NCBI GenBank assembly: GCA_016748015.1
Contig: JAAOMT010000283.1
Span: forward strand, 438,108-502,107
DNA length: 64,000 nucleotides
Source of the DNA: Geosiphon pyriformis uo1
Taxonomy: Eukaryota; Fungi; Glomeromycota
Direction of reading: 5' to 3'
In this document: positions 54,619-64,000 of the stretch, piece after piece
Numbering within the stretch: the stretch's first letter is position 1
How the letters are laid out: each line of letters opens with the position of its first letter
Notes under the pieces: model-generated
Told to the model about the DNA's origin: nothing
Database searches by the model: none
Seen by the model: the letters and a program-made list of their open reading frames with translations, nothing else
Made by a program: the position numbers and the translations under genes

Positions 54619-55054
54619 TTATTATGCTTTTTAATTGTTTTTTATTCAATAAATTTTAAAAGCAAGCAATTATTTTTCAGGCTAATTTTTAATAATACAA
54701 ATCAAGAAAAGCAAAAAATTAAAATATGTAAATATTAACAAGTAATCTTTTATTTTAAAATGTTTAGATACTTAAAGATAAAGAAAAAAAAATAAGCAAT
54801 ATGAAAGAAAGTAATTAATAGTGAATTTTATTTTATTATTTTTATTATATTCTTTTACAGTTAAAAAACTTATTATTTATATAGTTATTAAAAATAATCA
54901 ACAATTAGGTTATTGATCAAGTCAATAATCAAGTTATTAATCAGATCAATAATTAAGTTATTAATCACTATTTAAAAATAGGGTGATTAATTATGTAATA
55001 TTAGTGGCTAATATATATAATTACTAATAAAAACTATAAGTTTTAATCATAACA
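54619..55054 (-). repeat. Partial divergent family A LTR, host of the C2 insertion
   Basis: 12-bp array and terminus aaaactataagttttaatcataaca match 5790-5963. Confidence 0.8.
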
Positions 55055-55586
55055 ATATTATAAAAAAACAAGTTTAAAGATAACAAAATTAATTGGTTTT
55101 TTTTTAAGACTTTGATATTATAAAAATTTGAATTGTTTTAATTTTATTCTAGTTGTTGATTATGATTGTTTTTTTGGTTTTTGCAATTTATGTATATGTA
55201 TTTTTTTCTTTATTAAAAATGTTTTTCAGTTTAACAATGTCTCTGTAAATTATAACCAAATAATAAAAAGTTGTTTATTTGTTAATAAAAAAAATATTAA
55301 AAGAGATATGTTTAATTGTTTAATTAAACTTATAATTAGTTATTGTTTTTTGTTGATTATTATAATAAGTTAAAATAGTAATATTTCTCTTAAAAAAATA
55401 GTTGTTAATTTGGTTAAGGGTTTTAATATTTGTTGTTTTTAAAAAAAGATATTTTGGAAAGTGGTATTTATTGTTAAAATAAAATTTTCAAACAATATTT
55501 TGTATTTTTTTAATAATTTAGTCCAAAAATTTCTGTTGAAGTTCTAAGAATAAAGATTTTCAGAAGTCTTTAAAGTTTTTGGCTGT

Positions 55587-55845
55587 TGTTACTCATAGAA
55601 ATTAAGAGCATTATAGTTAGAAAAATAACCAATCAGAAATAAGTATAATAACAGAGGAATTCTAGGATTCTTTTAAAAAAATTGCAGGATTCTAGAATTT
55701 CAGAATACCAAAATTCCAGAATCTTAGAATTTCAGAATTCCTTTAAAGAAATTACAGGATTCCAGAAATCTCATATAACACCAATTATGTATATATAGCA
55801 ATAGTAGTAGAAATAAGAAAAATATTTGGTTCAGTTTTAATTTAA
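55587..55845 (+). repeat. 5' part of a family B LTR, interrupted by A4
   Basis: TGTTACTCATA start, GAATTC(C)AG array, TATGTATATATAGC. Confidence 0.85.
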
Positions 55846-56480
55846 TGTTATGGGTTAGAGTAACAAGCTAATGGATAGCAAGGGAGAACAGAATTGTAGA
55901 GTAATGGAAATAATCAAAAGGAATTCAATTTTAAAGAGCGAATTGAATAAGTATAGATTCAATATGTGAAATCAGTCTCATAAAATATCTCAGTCACTAT
56001 TCTTTTTAAAAAGATAACTGGAAAATCTGAAGATAGAGGGATAGTCTGTATTGTCAACAAATGATCACATTTAGCATAATTCTATGCCTTATGTCAGTGT
56101 TTTTAGAATTTAATATTAAGTATCAGATGTGCTCTTCAGTTATATTTTATTCAATAATCTTTAAATGTTACACTTATACATTTTAAGAATTAACCAACAA
56201 GTAATTTTTTATCCCAAGATGTTCGAATACTTGAAGATAGGGAAAGAAAAATTAGCAATAAGAGAATGATTGAGATGAAAGTTGTTATTTTATTTATTCT
56301 TAATTATTTTAAACATGTTTTTCTACAGCTAAAAGATTTATTGCTTATATAGCTGTTAAAAGTGGTCAATAATCAGGTCAATGATCAGGTCAATAGTCAG
56401 GTTATTGATCAAGTCAATGATTACTATCTAAAAATAGTGTGGCTAATTTATATGACATCAGTGGCTAATATATGTGATAA

Positions 56481-57137
56481 TTAATAAGAAGTATAAGTTT
56501 TAACTGTAACATTATCCTCTCCAAAAAGATTGAGCTCTGGAAAAATCAAGTTATTCATAAGGTAATCTATTTGAAGAGTTTTATCTAATTCAAAGCTAAC
56601 TAATTTGTTGAAGTCTTTTGTGGATAAGGTATATAATACTTGAGACAAAATGAGTTTTGTATCCAAAAAACCAAATCTTTGTATTAGAGTTTTGGCTCTT
56701 CTAGCAATAGTTAAAACTCTTGAGACATTTAACCATATAATGCCCAAAATTTCTGCCTGTATTTCTAAAGTTGTTTTCTTTATGAGTTTCATATCTTCTA
56801 TGATTTTATCAAGGCGATTATAAAATTCTAATTGCCTTCCATATGACAAGTTTTTGTCTATGGGTAAGATTTCTTGGAGTGTTTTTCCAATTGTGTTGGA
56901 AAATAGAAGTATAGCTGCTGTTATATTTTCCAACAGATATTTATCTATTTTGTTACAAATTTTTTCTCTTCTGGTAGTAGTTTTCTTTGGTCTAATAACA
57001 GTATGTATTTCACTGTTATCAATTATAGTAGTCTGTTTTCCAATAGTCAGAGTAGCATTTGGATAGTTTTTGATCCAATACTCATAAAGAGTATAGAATG
57101 TATTTTGAATGTTTTGATCCAGAAAATAATAGTTCAT
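56481..57137 (-). CDS. A4 ORF3, uninterrupted ~218-aa unknown protein extending into the 3' LTR
   Basis: Open frame 56481-57230; likely start MNYYFLDQNIQ at 57137; decayed copies in A2 and A3. Confidence 0.75.
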   Translation of the reverse strand: MNYYFLDQNIQNTFYTLYEYWIKNYPNATLTIGKQTTIIDNSEIHTVIRPKKTTTRREKICNKIDKYLLENITAAILLFSNTIGKTLQEILPIDKNLSYGRQLEFYNRLDKIIEDMKLIKKTTLEIQAEILGIIWLNVSRVLTIARRAKTLIQRFGFLDTKLILSQVLYTLSTKDFNKLVSFELDKTLQIDYLMNNLIFPELNLFGEDNVTVKTYTSY

Positions 57138-57174
57138 GTTAATTGAAAAAATCTCTGTTTTGGGAATGATGCAT

Positions 57175-58488
57175 TTATTTATACTTGATTTTTGATCATT
57201 TGGGTCGGTATTATCACAACAGACAACCAATCAGGTCGTTTATAATATTTCTTAAGTTGTGTACTATGAACAAAACAATCATTGAAGATTGTTCTGGATT
57301 GATCTTAAAGAATATAAGAACTATTGTTCAAAACTTTGTTGACTATAAAGGGTCCTTTCCACTGGCTAGAGAATTTATTATCATAAACATTGTCTCTATC
57401 TGAGCAGTATTCTAGTACCAAGTTACCAACACTTAAAGAAAGTGTTTTATAGGTTTTTTTTTCTTAAGCTTTTCTTGGAACTGTTTTATCTTTTCAAAAG
57501 CAATTATTTGTGTTTTTACAAAGGAGTCAAAAATGGTACCAAGTCTTTTTTGCAAAATGTCTTTGTAATTTTCTATTGTGATCTCTTCAAAGAGTATTGT
57601 TTTAATGTTAGTTTCTATCGGTAGTGTTGTCATGCATCTATAGAGTAGATAAAAAGATTCATAACTTGTTATGTCATAATTCACAGTTTTATAAGCAAAC
57701 AAAGTTGAAGGCAGTACTTTGTCCCATAAGTTTGTTTTTTCACTGGTTTTGGCTAGGGTTTTACATAATGTTCTATTGAAACATTTCACTAGGCCATTTG
57801 TTTGGAGGTAATAAGAGGAGGAAAATTTATGACTTATTCCCATTTTTCTACAATGTTCTTCAACCAGTGTACTGAAAAAAGCTCTTCCTCTATCAGATAA
57901 AAGTTTTTTGGGGCAGCCATAATGGCAGATGATATTTTTATAAATGAAATTGGCTATTGAGACTGCAGTTTGGTCTGGGGTGGCTCTTGCTTTTACCCAC
58001 TTTATAAGATAGTTAGTAGCTGTAATAATGTCTTTATTGCCATCAAGAGTTATTGTTAAAGGTCTAACAACATCTATACCAATTCTGTTAAATAGTTGAC
58101 CAACAGAGATTGGATGAATATCTTCTTTGCAATTGGGTTTGCTTCTTTTTTGGCAGATATCACAGGTTTTAATGTATTTAGCAATGTCTTTTTCCAAGGT
58201 AGGCCAATAATAGTAAGCTAAAGTTTTCTGAATTGTCTTTGTTTTTTCAAAGTGTCCAGCTAATGGGTCAGTGTGCATGTTGTATATTACAATTTTTTTT
58301 TCTTCAAATCTGATGACTCTTTGAAAATGGTCAAGATCTTTTCTATTTCTTTTATATAATTGGTTCTGGTGAATCAAATAGAAATTTGATTGTTTGTACA
58401 AATGTTTTCTTTGCTATTAAGTGTATTCTGGTGGGTATTATCCTTTACCCAAAAATTTTATTGAGGCAGAATAGTTGTTCAAGTCCAT
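57175..58488 (-). pseudogene. A4 integrase with its own ATG
   Basis: HTDPLAGH..CDICQK, RIGIDVV, LLSDRG, QTNGLVKCFNR, WKGPFIV. Confidence 0.93.
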
Positions 58489-58552
58489 TATCATGTTTGT
58501 TTGTAAAGAAGTTACTAATAATTAAGTTAGTTTGGTTTGAAAAACTGTACTG

Positions 58553-59330
58553 TTAGTAGATGGTAAGTCTAAAGAGAGTGTTGGCATTTTGATAATTTGC
58601 TCCTTTGTAATGTTGAATATCATAGTCAAATTTATTCAAGTAGAATATTCAGTGAGTTATTCATTTGTGTTCCAGCTTTTTTTTATTGTGCAGCCAAACC
58701 AAGACTTGATGATCTGTTACCATTAAGAATTTTACACCAAGAAGATATTGATTCCAGTAGTTAGTAGCCTAAACTACTATTAGACATTCTTGTTCAGTAA
58801 CTGAATAATTTTTTTCTGCTGGTGTGAAGAATCTACTGGCATATGCTATGGCATGTTCTCTGCTATTTTCATCTTTTTGTGAAAGAACAGCACCAAGTCC
58901 ATAGCCAGATATATCAGTATGAAGGATGAAAGGTTGATCCAGATCTGGTTGCTTGAGAATTGGTTTAGTAACAAGTTTCTTCTTCAGAATTTCAAAAGCT
59001 TTTTGTTAATAAGTGCTCCAGTGATAATTGACATTTTTCTTGAGTAGCTAATTGAGAAAAAAGGCAATTTTGGAAAAATTCTTGATAAATTTGTGATAAT
59101 AAGAGGCCAAACCAAGAAAAGAGCATAGTTTAGAAACATTTATTGGTTGTTTAATGTTCTGAACTTTTTCAAATTTAGCTGAATCAGAGAAGATTCTATC
59201 TTTTGTAATAAGATGACCAAAGAACTGGGTGGATTGGCATCCAAAAAAAGATTTGATTGGATTGATCTTAAGGCTAGCATTTCTGAGCAGATCAAAAACC
59301 TTCTGTAAATGTTCAAGATGTTTATTTCAG
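58553..59330 (-). pseudogene. A4 RT C-terminal part and RNase H
   Basis: HTDISGYGLGAVLSQ, HAIAYASR; stop at 58553-58555. Confidence 0.9.
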
Positions 59331-60009
59331 TGTTACTCATAAAATATAGAAAGTATATTAGCATATAAATTAGTCAATTAAAAGTAGTCATAGTAAATAT
59401 AGAATTCCAGGATTCTTTTCAAGAGGAATTGCAAGATTCCAGGAATTTCAGGATTCTCATACAAGAAATCACAGGATTCCAGAATTCCAGGATTTCTCTC
59501 AAAAGGAATTGCAGGATTCCAGAAATTCCAAGATTCCTGGTGTGAAGAATTAAAGAATTAAGGAATCTCAATTATGTATATATAGCAGTAGTATTAGAAG
59601 TAGAAAAAACAGATTTCTCTATTTAGAGTTAAATCTAAGAAACCATTCACATCCCAAATATCAATAAATAATTATTCAATACCTCAAAATCCATTCTCCA
59701 CTATCAACATTTCATGTTGATAACAATTAATATTTAATCACACTGAAACAATAGCTCTTAATCATGGCTATTGACAAGATATTAACTTGCAAATTGCCTT
59801 GGCTTATTTCTTTATTTCTTTTCTTTGAGTTTTATTGTTGTGTACTAATTGATTAAAGAGAATAACACATAGAGTACTGATGTCAAAGTAACTGGTAAAA
59901 GACCCAAAAATAAGGGTAAAACACTCAATTGAGGATAGCTTACCAGAAAGAATACCAGCCATTATGCTAAGAAAGAAATTGACAAAACTGCAGTTTTGAG
60001 AAGCTACAG

Positions 60010-61207
60010 TGTTACTCATAAAATATAGAAAATATATTAGCATATAAATTAGCCAATCATAAGTAGATATAGTAAATGTGAAATTCCAAAATTCCTCTCA
60101 GAGAAATCACAAGATTCCAGGAATTGCAGGATTCTCATAGGAGGAATTACAGAATTACAGAATTCCAAGATTCTTTTTAAAGAAATTGCAGAATTCCAGG
60201 AATTCCAGGATTCCTGACATGAAGAATTGAGAAATTGAGGAATTTCAAATATGTATATATAGCAATAGTATTAGAAGTTAGAAAATTAGAAAATAGAACT
60301 CAGAGTCAATTGATTTGCAGAGTCAATTAGACTCATAGAATCAATTAGACTTGCAAATCATAATTATTAAAATTACAAAAAAAGAGAATCCTTTAGTTAA
60401 AAACCTCTCAGTTTAGATCTGATCTAAGCAATCTTCCATTCACAAATATTAATAAATAATTATTTACTATCTTAATCCACTCTCCACTATCAATACTTTA
60501 TGTTGATAGTAATTGATACTTAACCACACTGGAACAATAGCTTTTAATTACGACTATTAATGGGATATTAACTTGTAATTGCTTTTATTTATTTTTTTAT
60601 TTTTTTTTTATTTTTTTTTATTTTTTTTTGTATTTATTTTATTTTGACTAACTGATTAAAAATTAAAGTGCTGAGTTACAGATGTTATAGGGACTGATAA
60701 AAGACCCGTGAAACAAAAGTAGAACACTCATAGAGTTGAAGATAGCTTACCAGAAAAATTATTAGCCACCATGCTGAGAAAGAAATTTGATAAAACTGCA
60801 GTTTCGGGAAGCTATGAATAAAACCATCAATTAAATCTCTGTCTATTATACAAAAAACTCAACCAAAACCTTCAAATACCAAAACTTTCAGACAACCATA
60901 CCTTCAGGAATTAACAACATTACTATATCCATTAAGTACTAAGTTATGGGTTTGTTATTTGATTTGAGACCCCAAATAATTACCTGTAATATTTGGTGCT
61001 TCCTGTAAGATATAATCTAACAGAGAACCAGTATTAACAACAATCATGCAAGAAAGTGACAGACCAAGAAAAACAAGAGAAAATCACTTAAGATTTGCGA
61101 AATCTTTATTTTACCATTACTTTTAAAAAACTTATTAAATTGAAACTTTGATCATTCAAAACCCAATTATTAAAACCCTGAACATTTAAAAATTACTGTT
61201 GATAAAC

Positions 61208-61239
<32 letters not shown>

Positions 61240-63101
61240 CTTGTTAAATCAAAACTCTGTTTATTCAAAACCCAATAATTCTAACCCCATTATCATATAA
61301 AGAAACTTACCTTTGATAAAAACTTGTTAAAACTCTGATTCTTCAAGACCTAATAGTTCAAAACCCGAACATTCAAAACTCAATAAATTCTAACTCCACT
61401 AGTGTAAAAGGAAACTTATCTTAAATAAAACCTGACAAACCTCTAGAAATTCAAAACTCTGATTATTTAAAGACTTATTAGAAAAATTCCAGAAAAAACT
61501 ACCCAGATTTATACTTACTTGTGTGAAAACTGTCTTCTTTCATGCCAAAAGTCAGCATTGGGAAAGTGTTAATATGAAAAAGACTTAGAGAAGAAAAAGA
61601 AATTTGAGAATCAGCAGTACCAAAATTGATCAACAAATCATCAAAACTTACTTGATGGCCCTAAGTTACAATCCACTTTCATGCATTATATATTCAAACT
61701 CTGAGGAAGACAAGCCAATCAGCGAGAATCGGAATTGGAATTTAATCCTGATTCAAACTCCACTAATGACAACAATGATTCAAACTCCATTGATGATGAC
61801 AATAATTTAAACTCTGCTAAATAACAATGACAATTTAAACTCCACCAACAACAATTCAAACTCCACTTCAAATACCAAACAATATATCATGCTTCTAAAT
61901 CTTACAATAGAGCAGGAATTAACTAAATTCAATGATAATAATAAGGGCATTATGTCTGAACATGCACATAATACAGATGCAAAATTTGAACATGGATATT
62001 CTGGACAGACCACTGCAGTTAAAAACCCCAGTTATGTATAAAATTAGATTTACAAATAGCAATAGAAATTACTGCAACAACATTAATACAAAAAAAAAAT
62101 TTAGAAGATTTTGCAGGAGCTTAATATTAAAGAAGGGAATAATGTTACTCATAAAATATAGAAAGTATATTAGCATATAAATTAGCCAATCATAGATAGA
62201 TGTAATAAATGTGGAATTGCAGGATTCCAAAAATTGCAAAATTCTCATAGAAAGAATCGCAGGATTCCAGAATTCCAGAATTTTTCTCAAAAAAATTGCA
62301 GAATTTCAGGAATTCCAGGATTCCTGACATGAAGAATTGAGAAATTAAGGAATCTCAAATACATATATATAGCAGTAGTATTAGAAGTTAGAAAATTAAA
62401 AAATAGAACTCAGAGTTAATTGATTTGTAGAGTCAATTAGATTCATAGAATCAATTAGACTTGCAAATCATAATTATTAAAATTACAAAAAAAGAGAATT
62501 CTTTAGTTAGAAACCTTTCAGTTTAGATCTAATCTAAGCAACCTTCCATTTACAAATATCAATAAATAATTATTCACTATCTTAATCTATTCTTCACTAT
62601 CAACACTTCATGTTAATAGTAATTGATACTTAACCACACTAGAACAATAGCTTTTAATCACAGCTATTGACGGGATACTAACTTGCAATTGCTTTCATTT
62701 ATTTTTTTATCTTCTTTTTATTTTCTTTTATTTTTTTTTGTATTTCTTTTATTTTGACTAACTGATTAAGGATTAAAGTGCTGAGTTACAGATGTCATAA
62801 GAACTGGTAAAAGACTCATGAAACAAGGGTAGAACACTCATAGAGTTGAGAATAACTTACCAGGAAGATTACTGGCCACCATACTGAGAAAAAAATTTGA
62901 CAAAACTGCAGTTTTGGGAAGCTATGGATAAAACTATCAATTAAATCTCTGTCTATTATACAAAAGACTCAACTAAAACCTTCAGATACCAAAACTTTCA
63001 GACAACTATACCTTTAAGAATTAACAATGTCACTATATTCATCAAGCACCAAGTTACAAGTTTGTTATTTGATTTGAGATCCCAAATAATCACCTGTAAC
63101 A
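60010..63101 (+). mobile_element. Non-autonomous family B deletion derivative B3 (LARD/TRIM-like), nested in the B4 LTR
   Basis: LTRs 60010-60991 and 62143-63101, PBS at 60994, PPT 62128-62142, 1.15-kb internal region lacking RT and integrase; flanks ACAG/ATGG. Confidence 0.92.
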
Positions 63102-63308
63102 ATGGATAACACCACTATTAAATCTCTGTCTATTATACAAAGAACTCTACACCAAAACCTTCAAATATCAACACCAGAGATACCAATCAAGCACCAAGTT
63201 ACGGGTTTGTTATTTGACTGAAGACTCCAAATAATTACTTGTAATATTTGGTGCTCCCTGTAAGATATAATTTTACAGAGAACCAGCACCAATAACTCCA
63301 TCCAAACA

Positions 63309-64000
63309 GTGGCAGAATCCAAAGAAATAGGAACAAACCATTTAGGATTTGCAAAATTTTTATTTCAATATTATTACACTCATCTCAGATTAACAAATAA
63401 TAGTTGGCCAACAGAATTAGCTTTCAATTACTACATCAATGAGAGAATTGTATACTATTTAAGAAGCCAAAGAGATCCAGAATTTGTCTTCAACAACTTT
63501 TTCAGTGAATTGCTCCAAAGCATCACCCTTCCACAAAATTATCTATTTGCATTCCTAATTACAGAAATAAACAGAGAAATTGAAAAATACACCAAATAAA
63601 GATTTTCTATTACTTTTGCTGACAAAGAAAAAGGAAGATTACAAACACCAGCAGAAACACCAAAGCAAATTCAACTATCCACTTGGAAGAAACAAAGATT
63701 TGATTCACTTGCTAATCTATCATATCACCACATACCCGGAAGCACTATCAATATAATAAGCACAGCTACAGCAAGCACAACAATGCTACTAAACAGGCTC
63801 CCATTCCAAAGTAAACAAAAAAAAGCAGAGTTATTAGGAACATATGGCGATTATTTTGAGGAATTTAAATCACAATCTTCAATACTATTAAGAATTCAAT
63901 TACCACCATCACAACCAAATTTTGGAGCCATTAGTCCTTGGGAAATAACTGACTTCAAGGAAGAGGAGAGTAGCAATCAGGAAACTAGCAAACAAAACCC
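63309..64000 (+). pseudogene. B4 gag N-terminal region
   Basis: Frame starts at GTG 63309 just after the PBS; one premature TAA at 63597-63599, then continues to the window end. Confidence 0.75.

Larger units (their letters stand above)
55846..59330 (-). mobile_element. Family A copy A4, 3' half, interrupted in RT by B4
   Basis: 3' LTR 55846-56511, PPT GGAGAGGATAA 56512-56522, ORF3, integrase, RNase H, RT C-terminal part. Confidence 0.93.
59331..64000 (+). mobile_element. Family B copy B4, 5' end (split 5' LTR 59331-60009 and 63102-63246, PBS 63249-63264, gag start)
   Basis: LTR halves rejoin across B3; PBS TGGTGCTCCCTGTAAG; gag VAESKEIGTNHLGFAK. Confidence 0.9.

Noticed and set aside
55055-55586. 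Identity of the decayed segment between the A-type and B-type LTR fragments
   Set aside because: Probably old transposon sequence, but too degraded to assign by eye.
56481-57230. ORF3 as a retroviral envelope gene
   Set aside because: It is short and shows no signal peptide, transmembrane helix or fusion-protein Cys pattern.
1-64000. Alternative genetic code explaining the many TAA/TAG/TGA codons
   Set aside because: Most stops differ between copies and map to CAA/CAG/CGA/TGG in sister copies, consistent with mutational decay. The exceptions are the stops ending gag (family A) and RNase H.

Overview
This AT-rich eukaryotic window contains no recognisable host gene. It is a deeply nested cluster of decayed Ty3/Gypsy-type LTR retrotransposons from three families, here called A, B and C. 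From memory, the protein fragments resemble repeat-derived proteins of Glomeromycotina fungi such as Geosiphon; this is not verified. All three families share TGTTA...TAACA termini, 4-bp target-site duplications (TSDs), a TGGTGCTC primer-binding site (PBS) and a GAGCTCA motif before the polypurine tract (PPT). A 5'-truncated RNase H-bearing LINE with a poly(A) tail and TSD lies at 12577-13800, and 2622-2641 is an assembly gap. The main observation is a shared, unusual architecture. The Gag/protease/RT/RNase H frame stops at the equivalent codon in all 7 readable copies. Integrase then starts at its own Met after a 30-66 nt spacer of variable length. A third soluble, non-Env ORF of about 210-230 aa, homologous across families, runs into the PPT and 3' LTR. 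Families B and C also carry a Cys-rich domain, a dUTPase and a degenerate dUTPase-like domain between protease and RT. Family A has a conserved U UUA AAC -1 frameshift site. All copies show strong C>T/G>A decay. Everything was read by eye, so domain boundaries are approximate.
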